IMG/VR virus record: IMGVR_UViG_3300034093_002374
Location: 3,814 to 67,813 of that record
DNA: 64,000 nucleotides
Origin: a virus
Direction: 5' to 3' (one strand)
Below, piece by piece: positions 29,823 to 39,827 of this stretch. Positions within the stretch are counted from its first letter, which is position 1. Every line of letters begins with the position of its first letter. The notes under the pieces were generated by a model, which saw only the letters and a list, made by a program, of their open reading frames with translations, had not been told where the DNA came from and did not search any database. Position numbers and translations under genes: made by a program.

Positions 29823-31768
29823 TGGGAAAAATCGTTGAAAATGATCAACCTTGCTTAGATCAGGTTGGCTGTTGTTCAAGCGACGGTGTTCAAGTCTATG
29901 AAGATGGTGCTGGTTTTTGCTTTTCTTGTAAAAAGCGGTGGGGTGACTATGTCTTAAAAGCTAACGGTGTTGAGCTGCCTCGTAAAACTAATAAATCAAC
30001 TTTTAGAGAAAGCAGCCAGAGGGTGACTGACACACTAGCAGAAGTATTAGAATACCCTATCCGGCCACTTAAAGATCGTAACATCCCTCGCGAAATTTGC
30101 GATTTCTTCGGGGTCCGTGTTTCATTTAACGAAGAGCAAAAACTTACACACCACTACTACCCTTATGAAGGTGATGCTAACTTTAAAATTCGACGCATCA
30201 CAGACAAAAAGTTTTTCTGGGCAGTGCCGGGTAAGGTTTCAAAAGACCTTTTCGGACGTGATAAGTTTAACAGCGGTGGCAAGCGTGTAATCGTTGTCGA
30301 AGGTGAAATTGACGTTCTCAGTGTAGCCGTGGCTCTCAAAGAACGCTACGGCAAAATCTATCCTGTTGTCGGTCTTTCGTCTGGTGTTATGACAGACTCG
30401 CTCTTGCTGCATCGCGATTGGTTGCGTAGTTTTGACGAAGTCGTTCTGTTCATGGACCAAGATAAAGTCGGTGAAGAGGCTCTTTCAAAAGCACTCAAAA
30501 TTGTGGGTACGGACAAGGCCAGAATCGTTAAAACGTCGCAATACAAAGACGCTAACGAAGTCCTCAGTGACGCCACTGCTGGTGGCTCAAAAATCTTGAT
30601 GCAGCTTATCTTTGATGCTGCACCGTATGTGCCATCTGGTATCATCGCTAAAGATGAAATCAGAAAACGAATGATTGACAGGCAAAATCGTGTTGCCATC
30701 CCGTATCCCCCGTGTGTTCGCGGCCTAAATGTCAAACTCGGTGGCATGCGCGGCGGAGAGATTACGCTATTTATCTCGGGCACAGGCTCGGGTAAGACGA
30801 CGTTGATGAAAGAAGATGTTCTTTGGCTGCTTGACTTCCAACCTAAACTGGAGCTGTTGATCGCTGAACGTAACTTACAGCTTGAAGAAGGGCAGGAGCC
30901 GCTCAAGCCGTTTAACATCAAAGTCGGCGCAGTAATGCTTGAAGAACCGCCTGAAGAAACGGCGGAAAAACTCGTTACGATGCACCTTAGACGTAATCCT
31001 GAAGAAGAGTTTGTTTCCCAAAAGCTTATCTTAGATACTTTCGATGAAATCTTTGATGACGAGAAAATCATGCTGTTGGATCACCAAGGTTCGATGGGTG
31101 ATGGCTCGATTATCGAAAAGCTCGAATACATGATTCTCAGTGGGTGTACGCACCTCTTTGTGGATCACATCACCATTCTTGTTTCTGAAGGCGCTGAAGG
31201 GCTTACGGGCAACGAAGCCATTGATAAAGTAATGAACGATCTGCTTCGGTTGGTCACACGTTACCCGCACGTTTGGATTGGTCTTGTGTCGCATCTTCGA
31301 AAAGCTGCAAGCGGTAAGCCTTTTGAAGCAGGTCACATGCCTACAATTGACGACATTAAAGGCTCAGGCTCTATCAAGCAGATTTCGTTTGATATTGTTG
31401 CTTTTTGTCGTGACATGACAGCAGCAACAGAAGATGAACAAAATCATATCATGATGTCTGTGCTAAAATGCCGTCGTACAGGCCGCACAGGTGAGACTCC
31501 TGGTGCGCGTTACCACCGACCAACTGGACGTCTTCAGTACGTCTCAGACGAAAGCTTTAGTACAGAAGCAACCGAAACCATTGTTGATATTACGCCAAGA
31601 TCAGATGACATCGTTATACAAGCCGTAGATGTCTCTATACCTAAGCAACTAAAGAATGCGGTAGTTGCACCAGACTTTAAAGCACCCTCTGTACCTCCTG
31701 CAGCGAGTACGCTACGTGTACCGCTCAAGGTACCTCCCGCACCGCCTCCAAGCGTAAAAGGTTTCTAG
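29822..31768 (+). CDS. DNA primase-helicase (T7 gp4-like)
   Basis: N-terminal Cys Zn finger, TOPRIM VEGEID/DQD, Walker A SGTGSGKTT, FVDHIT, VSHLRK, KGSGSIKQ. Confidence 0.95.
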   Translation: MGKIVENDQPCLDQVGCCSSDGVQVYEDGAGFCFSCKKRWGDYVLKANGVELPRKTNKSTFRESSQRVTDTLAEVLEYPIRPLKDRNIPREICDFFGVRVSFNEEQKLTHHYYPYEGDANFKIRRITDKKFFWAVPGKVSKDLFGRDKFNSGGKRVIVVEGEIDVLSVAVALKERYGKIYPVVGLSSGVMTDSLLLHRDWLRSFDEVVLFMDQDKVGEEALSKALKIVGTDKARIVKTSQYKDANEVLSDATAGGSKILMQLIFDAAPYVPSGIIAKDEIRKRMIDRQNRVAIPYPPCVRGLNVKLGGMRGGEITLFISGTGSGKTTLMKEDVLWLLDFQPKLELLIAERNLQLEEGQEPLKPFNIKVGAVMLEEPPEETAEKLVTMHLRRNPEEEFVSQKLILDTFDEIFDDEKIMLLDHQGSMGDGSIIEKLEYMILSGCTHLFVDHITILVSEGAEGLTGNEAIDKVMNDLLRLVTRYPHVWIGLVSHLRKAASGKPFEAGHMPTIDDIKGSGSIKQISFDIVAFCRDMTAATEDEQNHIMMSVLKCRRTGRTGETPGARYHRPTGRLQYVSDESFSTEATETIVDITPRSDDIVIQAVDVSIPKQLKNAVVAPDFKAPSVPPAASTLRVPLKVPPAPPPSVKGF

Positions 31769-31771
31769 TTA

Positions 31772-33550
31772 ATGATAAGAAAAGCAGCAGTAAAAATTGA
31801 CCCGTCACGTGACGAGCTTTTTGACGAACTCGGTCTACGTCGTCTACGTGACTCTTACATGATGCCGGGTGAAAAATCTCCGCAAGAACGCTTCTCCTAC
31901 GTTGCTCGTGCGTTTGCGTCTAATGAAGACCACGCACAACGCTTGTATGATTATATGAGTAAACACTGGCTTAGTGCTTCAACGCCGGTCCTTTCTTATG
32001 GTAGATCAAAACGCGGTCTTCCTATTTCTTGTTATCTTGTTTACATTCCGGATACAAGAGAAGGCCTTGTTCAATCACAATCAGAAACTAACTGGCTTTC
32101 AATGCTCGGCGGCGGTGTTGGTCTAGGCTTTGGTCTTCGTTCAGAAGACCACACGTCTGTGGGTCTTATGCCACATGTCAAGACTTACGAGTCTAACTCA
32201 ATGGCGTATCGCCAAGGTTCAACACGTCGCGGTACGTTTGCCGGGTATGTTGACATTAGTCATCCTAACGTTGTTCAGTTTATGGACATGCGTAAACCAA
32301 CAGGTGACCCTAATCAGCGTGTTCAAGAAATGTTTAACGCTGTCAATATTCCGGATACTTTCATGCAGCTGATTATGGGCAGTATGGAAGACGCAAACTT
32401 TGACGATTCTTGGCCGTTGATTGACCCTCACACTAAGAAAGTCAAAGAAGTAGTCTCTGCCAAGCGTCTTTGGGAAAATCTTATTGAGACGCGAATGCGT
32501 ACGGGTACGCCGTATTTGCATTTTATTGATGCTTCAAACAGAGCACTTCCTGACTATCAAAAAGCGCTCGGTCTCTCAATCAAGCAGTCAAACATTTGTA
32601 CTGAAATCACGCTTGCGACTGACGCAGAGCGTACGGCCGTTTGCTGTCTTGCTTCAGGAAATCTTGAGTATTGGGAAGAATGGAAAGACAGCTATCAGTT
32701 CTACCGTGATTGCGCGGAAATGTTAGACAACGTCTTAACGAGCTTTATTAAGAAAGCTCCAAAACACGTTGCTAGAGCCGTGTTCAGCGCGTCTCAAGAG
32801 CGTGCCATCGGTTTCGGTGCTCTTGGTTTCCATGCGTTGCTTCAGAAAAAGAATGTTCCTTTCGAGTCAGCCGTTGCTGTTTCGATCAATAAGAAGATCT
32901 TTGAGCGCTATAAAACCTACATGGATCAGGCGTCCTTTGAGCTCGCTAAAGAACGTGGGCCGTGTCCTGATGCCGCTTCTGCAGGTGTGATAGAGCGTTT
33001 CTCTCACAAACTTGCAATTGCACCTAACGCGTCTACATCGATTATTATGCAAAATACATCGGCTTCGATTGAGCCGTTTCGTGCAAACGGTTATAAACAA
33101 GACACTTTGTCAGGTTCGTTTGTTAACAAAAATAGGTTCCTTGATGCAATCCTTAAGAAACGATTGGATAATGTGTCTTACGAGAGGGCTTGGAGCGTCA
33201 TCATTGCTTCAGGTGGTTCTTGTCAGAGCCTCGAATGTCTCACCGACTACGAAAAGGCAGTATATAAAACCTTTTCTGAAGTAGACCAAATGTGGGTTAT
33301 ACAACATGCAGCCGATCGTCAAGTATTTATTGACCAAGCTCAGTCGCTTAATCTGGCGTTCCGTGCCGATGCGCCGATTCAATATCTGCACGCAGTGCAC
33401 TTTGACGCCTGGCTCAAAGGTCTTAAAACTCTCTACTACTGCCGTTCTGACAAGCTTTACTACGGTGAATCAGAAAACAACCAACGGTCAGATATGCAGT
33501 ATAACATTTCGACTACCCTTGGTGAACCCTCCTGTCTGGCTTGTGAGTAA
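31772..33550 (+). CDS. nrdA: Ribonucleotide reductase class Ia alpha subunit
   Basis: PISCY, QSNICTEI, AIAPNASTS, DQAQSLN, KTLYYCR, C-terminal CLACE. Confidence 0.95.
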   Translation: MIRKAAVKIDPSRDELFDELGLRRLRDSYMMPGEKSPQERFSYVARAFASNEDHAQRLYDYMSKHWLSASTPVLSYGRSKRGLPISCYLVYIPDTREGLVQSQSETNWLSMLGGGVGLGFGLRSEDHTSVGLMPHVKTYESNSMAYRQGSTRRGTFAGYVDISHPNVVQFMDMRKPTGDPNQRVQEMFNAVNIPDTFMQLIMGSMEDANFDDSWPLIDPHTKKVKEVVSAKRLWENLIETRMRTGTPYLHFIDASNRALPDYQKALGLSIKQSNICTEITLATDAERTAVCCLASGNLEYWEEWKDSYQFYRDCAEMLDNVLTSFIKKAPKHVARAVFSASQERAIGFGALGFHALLQKKNVPFESAVAVSINKKIFERYKTYMDQASFELAKERGPCPDAASAGVIERFSHKLAIAPNASTSIIMQNTSASIEPFRANGYKQDTLSGSFVNKNRFLDAILKKRLDNVSYERAWSVIIASGGSCQSLECLTDYEKAVYKTFSEVDQMWVIQHAADRQVFIDQAQSLNLAFRADAPIQYLHAVHFDAWLKGLKTLYYCRSDKLYYGESENNQRSDMQYNISTTLGEPSCLACE

Positions 33551-33553
33551 ATT

Positions 33554-34585
33554 ATGAATAAACGTGTTAGTAAAACAATGTCTCGAGTCTTTCAAACTAG
33601 AGACACATTTAAGCCGTTCATCTACCCTTGGGCTTATCAATCGTGGCTAAAGCACGAACAAGTTCACTGGCTGGCGCGCGAAGTGCCGCTGCATGAAGAC
33701 GTTCGTGACTGGAATAACAAGCTGACACTTGAAGACCAAGCTTTCTTGCGTGATGTGTTCTTGTTTTTCACGCAGTCAGATGTTGATGTTCTTGGTGGCT
33801 ACATTAACGACTACTTTCCTTACTTTAAGCAACCTGAATTGCGCATGATGCTGGCAGGCTTCGCCAGTCGTGAGTGTGTTCACATTGACGCGTATTCATA
33901 CTTGATTGAGACACTCGGTATGGAAGACAGCTTCTATAAAGAGTTCTTGAATGTTCCTGCTATGCGTCAAAAGCACGAGTTTTTCGAGAACGTAGTTAGC
34001 AGCTGTCGTAAAGGTAAAACACGAGAACAACTTCTTACAACTATCACCGGTATTAGCGCCGGCACTGAAGGGCTGTTTTTGTTTTCGTCTTTCGTCATGC
34101 TTCTGAACTACCCGAAGAACAACCTAATGAAGGGTATGGGTCAGATCGTTTCGTGGTCCGTTCTTGACGAGCAAATGCATGTTGCCGGTCTAACAAAGAT
34201 TGCCAACACTATTGTCGAAGAGAACCGTGGGTGGAAAAGTAGAGAATCTGACGCCGAAATCAGAGCCACAATTGAGCTCATGGTCGAGTTTGAGTTTGAC
34301 TTCATTGACACAGTCTATAAGAAAAAGCTTGAAATGCGTGGTCTTCTTAAAGAAGACCTTAAACAATACATTAGGTGGACTGCTGATAAACGACTTCGTG
34401 ACCTCGGTGTGACACCTCTCTATGGTGTTACTGAAGATCCTCTTCCGTGGGTTGCTGAAATGATTGGCTCTCAAAGCCACGCCAATTTCTTTGAAGCTCG
34501 TGAAACAAGTTACGCCAAAGCATCTCTCACAGGCTCGTGGGGTGATGTTTGGGGTGCTTTTAAACGAGCATTACCGAAAGGATAA
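33554..34585 (+). CDS. nrdB: Ribonucleotide reductase class Ia beta subunit
   Basis: FFTQSD, ECVHIDAY (radical Tyr), EGLFLFSSF, DEQMH, NFFE. Confidence 0.95.
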   Translation: MNKRVSKTMSRVFQTRDTFKPFIYPWAYQSWLKHEQVHWLAREVPLHEDVRDWNNKLTLEDQAFLRDVFLFFTQSDVDVLGGYINDYFPYFKQPELRMMLAGFASRECVHIDAYSYLIETLGMEDSFYKEFLNVPAMRQKHEFFENVVSSCRKGKTREQLLTTITGISAGTEGLFLFSSFVMLLNYPKNNLMKGMGQIVSWSVLDEQMHVAGLTKIANTIVEENRGWKSRESDAEIRATIELMVEFEFDFIDTVYKKKLEMRGLLKEDLKQYIRWTADKRLRDLGVTPLYGVTEDPLPWVAEMIGSQSHANFFEARETSYAKASLTGSWGDVWGAFKRALPKG

Positions 34586-34587
34586 CT

Positions 34588-35040
34588 ATGACTGCTGACC
34601 GCAAGAAGGCATACTTCATGCGCGTTGCGGAGGAGACCGCTCTGCTTTCACATGCTGTAAAGCTGAAGGTTGGGGCGGTCGCCGTCCGAGATAACCGTAT
34701 TATTTGTACTGGCTATAACGGTACCGGTCCTGGTGAAGATAACTGTTGTGAGCATCGTGTTTGGGTGCCGTACGTTTTATCCGCTGGTGGACAGTATGTA
34801 CTTAAAACTAAAGACAACGTCACTCACGCCGAAAAGAACCTCATTGACTTCGCCGCTAGAAAAGGTATTGCTCTTGAAGGTGCCGAGCTTTTCGTAACTC
34901 ACTCACCCTGTATGGCATGTGCGAGGTCAATTGCCAATGTCGGTTTTACTCACGTCTATTACAAAACTAAGTTCTCTCATCTTGAAGGGCTGGAGTACCT
35001 CGAAGAAGCTAGAGGCGTCACAGTCATCGCGCTTGCTTGA
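34588..35040 (+). CDS. dCMP deaminase
   Basis: KVGAV, TGYNG, HAEKN, THSPCMAC zinc motifs. Confidence 0.92.
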   Translation: MTADRKKAYFMRVAEETALLSHAVKLKVGAVAVRDNRIICTGYNGTGPGEDNCCEHRVWVPYVLSAGGQYVLKTKDNVTHAEKNLIDFAARKGIALEGAELFVTHSPCMACARSIANVGFTHVYYKTKFSHLEGLEYLEEARGVTVIALA

Positions 35041-35311
35041 AGATCTTCAGGCGAAGGCTGCAACTCTTGTTAGGACATCAGCAGTTCACGTTGCCTTGTA
35101 TGATGGCAGGTTTGCAACCGTTCGAGCAATGACAATTAAAGATTTGCTACTCGTTGAAGGCGTAAACAAGCCTATTGACAGAACAGTTAAATTGCTGTCT
35201 TTACTGACACTTATTGAAAATAAACCAATTACAGTTTCGCAGTTACTAGACCTTCATCATACAGACCTCAACACCCTTGCGGTTGCAGCGTCTAAAGCCA
35301 CAAAGATGTGA
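35033..35311 (+). CDS. Hypothetical protein
   Basis: Fills gap; start uncertain (TTG 35033). Confidence 0.55.
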   Translation: MLEDLQAKAATLVRTSAVHVALYDGRFATVRAMTIKDLLLVEGVNKPIDRTVKLLSLLTLIENKPITVSQLLDLHHTDLNTLAVAASKATKM

Positions 35312-35314
35312 TTT

Positions 35315-35581
35315 ATGAATCAAGCTAAACACCATTACTATGCGTCATCGTTAAATTGTTTTACGACAAGTGTTGATCTGGAAGACATCGTCGCGAGAAT
35401 GAAAGTAGAAGCTTGTGACTTCACCGTGTGGTGGGTGCCGCTATCGCTGTTCTCTAACTACGAAATTGTCGACTACGCCCCGCAAGTTGAAGGCGCTCAT
35501 ACGTTGAATGAATGGCGTGTAATTCATGAAGCCGGTGTGAATCGTGTTATTGAAAAGCTGTGGTCAAATGCACCTATCTGA
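35315..35581 (+). CDS. Hypothetical protein, paralogue of next gene
   Basis: Shares VP...YEIVDYAPQVEG with next ORF. Confidence 0.7.
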   Translation: MNQAKHHYYASSLNCFTTSVDLEDIVARMKVEACDFTVWWVPLSLFSNYEIVDYAPQVEGAHTLNEWRVIHEAGVNRVIEKLWSNAPI

Positions 35582-35876
35582 GTTACCTGAAGACTGGCAC
35601 TTTTTTAGTACGTCTGTGGCATACTGGCGTAGTGGTGTTGATCTAGAAGAGCAAATCCGATTCCATAAAAAACAAGGTTATACGTTCCTTATTTATCTTG
35701 TGCCATGCGCCATAGACACGCCTTATGAGGTGCTTGAGTACGCACCGCAAGTTGATGGTTCTTTTATCATTGTTAAGTACGTTGTTGAAGAAGGGCTACT
35801 TAAAGCCGGTGTAAGAAAGCGAACTTGGACGATAACAACACATCGAAATAAACAACTAAGAGGTGATGAACTATGA
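35568..35876 (+). CDS. Hypothetical protein, paralogue of previous gene
   Basis: VP...YEVLEYAPQVDG. Confidence 0.7.
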   Translation: MHLSELPEDWHFFSTSVAYWRSGVDLEEQIRFHKKQGYTFLIYLVPCAIDTPYEVLEYAPQVDGSFIIVKYVVEEGLLKAGVRKRTWTITTHRNKQLRGDEL

Positions 35877-36406
35877 GCGAGAAACTGTTACCTTGTCCGT
35901 TTTGTGGGGGCGAGGCCCGCACCTTTGAATACGACGGGGCCAATCAGGCGACCTGCGGAGGAAAACATATCGACTGCGCGGGAACCGACGTTGTGGCCCC
36001 TGTCGCTATGTGGAACCGCCGCACCCCTGCACCAGAGGGGGAGGCTTGCCCGCATGACGCTTACGAAACCGACGCGGCAGGTCAGCCTGTTCGTTGCGTG
36101 GATTGCGGAATGGCTATCGCGTCCGCAGCAGCTCCTGTCGTTCCTGTAGGGGTGAGAGAGCGGGTCTTGGACGAGCTTGACGGGGCGTGGCTTCATGGTC
36201 AGCGGCGGACTCCGTGGAGACGCGATGAATCCGCCGACGCCATTATGGCCGCTTGCCAACCTGCCGTTTCGGTAGAGATGAAAGAGCAGATTGCGTCGAT
36301 TATCGAGCGCGCTATGCGTGATGTAGGTCTTCGTCATAAAGTAATCGAACTGGCGAGCAAGGACATCCTCGCAGCCCTTTGCCCTACCGATACAAGGAGT
36401 GAGTGA
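35873..36406 (+). CDS. Lar-like (restriction alleviation) Zn-finger modular protein
   Basis: LLPCPFCGGEA...C...C...WNRR N-terminal domain; GAGGTG RBS. Confidence 0.65.
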   Translation: MSEKLLPCPFCGGEARTFEYDGANQATCGGKHIDCAGTDVVAPVAMWNRRTPAPEGEACPHDAYETDAAGQPVRCVDCGMAIASAAAPVVPVGVRERVLDELDGAWLHGQRRTPWRRDESADAIMAACQPAVSVEMKEQIASIIERAMRDVGLRHKVIELASKDILAALCPTDTRSE

Positions 36407-36723
36407 TGACTATAGAACCGGATAACCTGTTGGCTGTCGAGGGCGCAGAACAAGCGCGTATCTCGCCAGCAATGGGTGTCGCAATGATTGCTCTAAACAT
36501 GGCGCTAAAATACCACGACATTAACACTATTCAAGACGGAACCCTTTACCAGCAGTACAAAATGGAAGGAAAAAACATGGATACGCTGCATCTCGACCAT
36601 GTTTTTGAAACGGCCCGCAGCATTGAAGACCATCTACTGAAGTCTAATGACAGAATCACTCAACTGATGGTAGATGGTGTCATTGATGCGTTAGAAGGCC
36701 TTGTCGCAGAGGAAGCAGCATGA
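36403..36723 (+). CDS. Hypothetical protein
   Basis: AAGGAG RBS, overlapping stop/start. Confidence 0.7.
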   Translation: MMTIEPDNLLAVEGAEQARISPAMGVAMIALNMALKYHDINTIQDGTLYQQYKMEGKNMDTLHLDHVFETARSIEDHLLKSNDRITQLMVDGVIDALEGLVAEEAA

Positions 36724-37292
36724 CCCCCGACGAACTCCCCGCTGATATGGAGAGGGAGGCTTGCCCGACCTGCAACGGCGTTCGCCCAGAGTTTTGCTCC
36801 AACGCTTTCCATCTCGCATCCCCTGTCGTTCCCGCACCAGAGGGGGAGGCTTGGACTGCTCGGCACATCGTTTTTGACGGTCCGCCAGATCACAACGGTC
36901 CTCGGTTTATCGAGGTCGAAACACCGGAGGGCAAGAGCGTCAACGCCGGGGAATGGCGGCAGCGCCCCGACAATCTGTGGGAGTTGGTGATTGCATCCCC
37001 TGTCGTTCCGGTAGGGGTGAGCGTTGACGCGTTGGCGCAAGAAATCCGCCGTGTCGATGGGCGCCATACCCTCGGAGCCGGTGCGCTGGCAGAGGCGTTG
37101 TTGCCGTTCCTCACAGCCCTTCGCCAGCCTGTCGTTCCGGTAGGGGTGAGCGAGGAACAGCGCCAGCGCGTCGCGGAGATCGTTGAGGCGGCTATCGAGC
37201 GTCATGCGCCCGCGAACAGCATCCGGCACACGCTGGACGACGTTGACGCCATCATCGCAGCCCTTCGCCCTACCGATACAGGGAGGGAGTGA
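36720..37292 (+). CDS. Modular hypothetical protein
   Basis: GAGGA RBS; built of PVVPxG / EGEA / AALRPTDT segments. Confidence 0.7.
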   Translation: MTPDELPADMEREACPTCNGVRPEFCSNAFHLASPVVPAPEGEAWTARHIVFDGPPDHNGPRFIEVETPEGKSVNAGEWRQRPDNLWELVIASPVVPVGVSVDALAQEIRRVDGRHTLGAGALAEALLPFLTALRQPVVPVGVSEEQRQRVAEIVEAAIERHAPANSIRHTLDDVDAIIAALRPTDTGRE

Positions 37293-37528
37293 TGGCCGTT
37301 TTTCTGACCGCCGCGTGGGTTTTGTTCGTTCTGGCCGCTTGGCCGCGCCTGACATGGGATGACATGGAGGAGCGCCACAAGCCGCTGACCGGCTTCATTT
37401 CCGCCGTCCTCATGCCGAGCATTCTGGTTGTCGGCCCGATAATGGTGGTCGCTATCCTTCTGGCCGTTGCAGTCACTGAAGAAGGCCCGCGCCGCGTCCG
37501 CAAATGGTGGAGCGCATCATGGTCATGA
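37289..37528 (+). CDS. Small membrane protein
   Basis: GGAGG RBS; two hydrophobic segments. Confidence 0.65.
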   Translation: MMAVFLTAAWVLFVLAAWPRLTWDDMEERHKPLTGFISAVLMPSILVVGPIMVVAILLAVAVTEEGPRRVRKWWSASWS

Positions 37529-37776
37529 CCACCCCTGACATAGCCGGTCTGTGCGAGAGGCTGAAAACGCTCTGGCTTGAACTGAACGACGCCCACGCCA
37601 AACCGCCAGCAACCGCGCGAATAATGAACGCGCTTCACCAGAGCGGCGTCGCCCTTGAACGCCAAGCCGCTGAGATAGAGAAACTGCGGACTACACTAGG
37701 TTATTACAGCTACGCTGATGATGGAGGCAAACGTGCTATTGCCGCCCTTAAAGGAGACACACATGACCACCCCTGA
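37525..37776 (+). CDS. Hypothetical protein (MTTPDIAGLCERL family, copy 1)
   Basis: N-terminus identical to next gene. Confidence 0.7.
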   Translation: MTTPDIAGLCERLKTLWLELNDAHAKPPATARIMNALHQSGVALERQAAEIEKLRTTLGYYSYADDGGKRAIAALKGDTHDHP

Positions 37777-38233
37777 CATAGCGGGTCTGTGCGAGAGGCT
37801 GCGGGAAACCCGTTCAGTTTGGTCTGAAGCGAAAGAAGCCTCAATCAAACGGCGTCGTAACCCCGACGGCCCCGAAGCAGCCGACACCCTTGAACGCCAA
37901 GCCGCTGAACTTGTGGAGGCCCGAACGCTCGACAAGGGTTTCAGCGAGTGGATGATCGAACGCGACTTGCTCGCGCGTGGTGAAGAAGTTGAATGGGGCG
38001 ATATTGTCACCGCCCTGACTGAACATGAAATCGAGCTTACGGGGGACGACCGGCTCGTTAAGCGCCAAGCCGCTGAGATAGAGAGACTACGGAGCGATGT
38101 AGATTTTGCCGTATCGTGTCTTTGTTCTTTGCGGAAGAACTATGCCGACGGCCTTGGTATATGGGATGACGTTGACAAAGCAATTAGCGCCCGAGCCGCC
38201 CTTACAGAAAGAAATAAATCTGATGTCGTTTAG
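37763..38233 (+). CDS. Hypothetical protein (MTTPDIAGLCERL family, copy 2)
   Basis: AAGGAG RBS before ATG 37763. Confidence 0.7.
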   Translation: MTTPDIAGLCERLRETRSVWSEAKEASIKRRRNPDGPEAADTLERQAAELVEARTLDKGFSEWMIERDLLARGEEVEWGDIVTALTEHEIELTGDDRLVKRQAAEIERLRSDVDFAVSCLCSLRKNYADGLGIWDDVDKAISARAALTERNKSDVV

Positions 38234-39140
38234 ACCAATTCTTTGTCCAATAGACGACCCTCAAAAGAATCCTAGGTTCTTTGACTTCTTTCAATACCCC
38301 ATGTGGGTGTCGCCGAAAGTTGATGGGATTCGTGGCGTCACACCGCGTATGTACGGCATGGTCTCGCGGTCAGGTATCCAACTACCGTCGTCTCAAGTCC
38401 AGCAAAAGTTTGGCCGCTTCCAAGGGCTTGACGGCGAGTTAACTGCAGGTGTTCCTTACAACACACCTGGTGTCTATAACATAACACAAAGCCATGTTAT
38501 GTCTGAAGACAAACCCGCTGAGTTGCTTCAGTACTACGTTTTTGACTGTATCCTAGAAGCGCATATTGGCCGTCCTTACTACGAGCGACAAGAAGCTCTT
38601 AAAGAACTCGTAACACATTACGCCAACCCAGATATTAAAATTCTGGAGCAAGTTGAAGTAGAGTCGCTCGAAGAACTACTAGCATACGAACAAAAGCAAC
38701 TCGCTGACGGCTTTGAAGGTATCATTGCTCGTAGTCCCGTAGGTCCCTACAAGAACGGTCGCGCCACAATGCGTGAGTGTAATATCTACAAGGTTAAGCG
38801 TTTCCAGGACCTTGAAGGTGTCGTCGTAGGTTTCTACGAAAAGATGACTAATACAAACGAAAAAGAGGAAAGCGAACTTGGTTACTCCAAGCGATCTACC
38901 GCCCAAGAAGGCATGGTTCCGGCGGGCACTCTTGGCGGGTTCCTCGTTGACTTCCAAGACGGCAACGATGTGGAACGAGTTGGGTGCGGTGCATTCACCC
39001 ACCCTCAGCGACAACACATCTGGGATTCCAGAAATAGTTATCTCGGACAACTCCTTAAGGTACGCCGCTTTGCGCACGGCGCTAAAGACCGATCGCGCCA
39101 AGCACGCGCTATCGGTTTTAGGTCTAGAATGGATCTTTAA
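38223..39140 (+). CDS. ATP-dependent DNA ligase
   Basis: SPKVDGIR adenylation motif, LDGEL, YVFD, GFEGII, YKVKRF. Confidence 0.92.
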   Translation: MSFRPILCPIDDPQKNPRFFDFFQYPMWVSPKVDGIRGVTPRMYGMVSRSGIQLPSSQVQQKFGRFQGLDGELTAGVPYNTPGVYNITQSHVMSEDKPAELLQYYVFDCILEAHIGRPYYERQEALKELVTHYANPDIKILEQVEVESLEELLAYEQKQLADGFEGIIARSPVGPYKNGRATMRECNIYKVKRFQDLEGVVVGFYEKMTNTNEKEESELGYSKRSTAQEGMVPAGTLGGFLVDFQDGNDVERVGCGAFTHPQRQHIWDSRNSYLGQLLKVRRFAHGAKDRSRQARAIGFRSRMDL

Positions 39141-39268
39141 CGTCCCTTGGTGGGATGTTGATTGGGAAGACATCAATCGACTCGTCGAGTACTACTACGA
39201 GGACGTCGTCATCGAAAAGATCGAAAGAGTCAAATGATATACCTGACAAAGATTGAAAGAAAAGCCTG

Positions 39269-39499
39269 ATGACAATGAATATAGAAGGTCAAATTGTTGC
39301 GTCAGCCGCTGTTGAAGTAATCAAATTGATTGATGAACACGTTAAAGAGGGTGGGCCGTTTGATAATGAACTACTTCTTAGCGTGTCAGCGGCTCTCGGT
39401 GAGTGTCATCGCATTGAAATCATTCAGGACAGCGATTTAACCGCGTTTGTGGCCGAAAATGAAAACGCCACAATTGAGGCTGAAAATGGGTGTGAATAA
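39269..39499 (+). CDS. Hypothetical protein
   Basis: 76-aa acidic ORF in operon context. Confidence 0.55.
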   Translation: MTMNIEGQIVASAAVEVIKLIDEHVKEGGPFDNELLLSVSAALGECHRIEIIQDSDLTAFVAENENATIEAENGCE

Positions 39500-39827
39500 A
39501 CGACATCGTAATGGCAACACCATGCGCGATGCAGATCGCAAACGAGCCTTCGGTCTTCAACCTAAAGACAGGTGGCCAGCCGCAGGGCTTCCTTTGCGTA
39601 TTATAGAAACAGGTTGGGGGCCGGTCATTCACGAAGTTCGTTCAATAGGCGACCCTCTTCATCAAACTAAGCGTAAAGGACGACGAGCAGTTGCGCACTG
39701 TCCAAAGTGTGCCACTTGGGTCTGTGCCGGTCATCTAGGTCAACATATAGCAAAACATTATAAAGAAGATCCAAATGGGAATGAAATCAACAACCGTCAA
39801 AAAAGTACTTCGGAAGAAACTCACTGA
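39486..39827 (+). CDS. Hypothetical Zn-finger protein
   Basis: CPKC...GHLGQH. Confidence 0.55.
   Translation: MGVNKRHRNGNTMRDADRKRAFGLQPKDRWPAAGLPLRIIETGWGPVIHEVRSIGDPLHQTKRKGRRAVAHCPKCATWVCAGHLGQHIAKHYKEDPNGNEINNRQKSTSEETH

Larger units (their letters stand above)
36029..38204 (+). repeat. Higher-GC island with five families of 20-45 bp in-frame direct repeats
   Basis: e.g. CCTGTCGTTCCKGTAGGGGTGAG x3, GCACCAGAGGGGGAGGCTTG x2, CATGACCACCCCTGACATAGCSGGTCTGTGCGAGAGGCTG x2. Confidence 0.9.

Noticed and set aside
36029-38204. CRISPR array or integron cassettes
   Set aside because: Repeats are of several kinds, in frame within genes, irregularly spaced and non-palindromic; no cas or integrase
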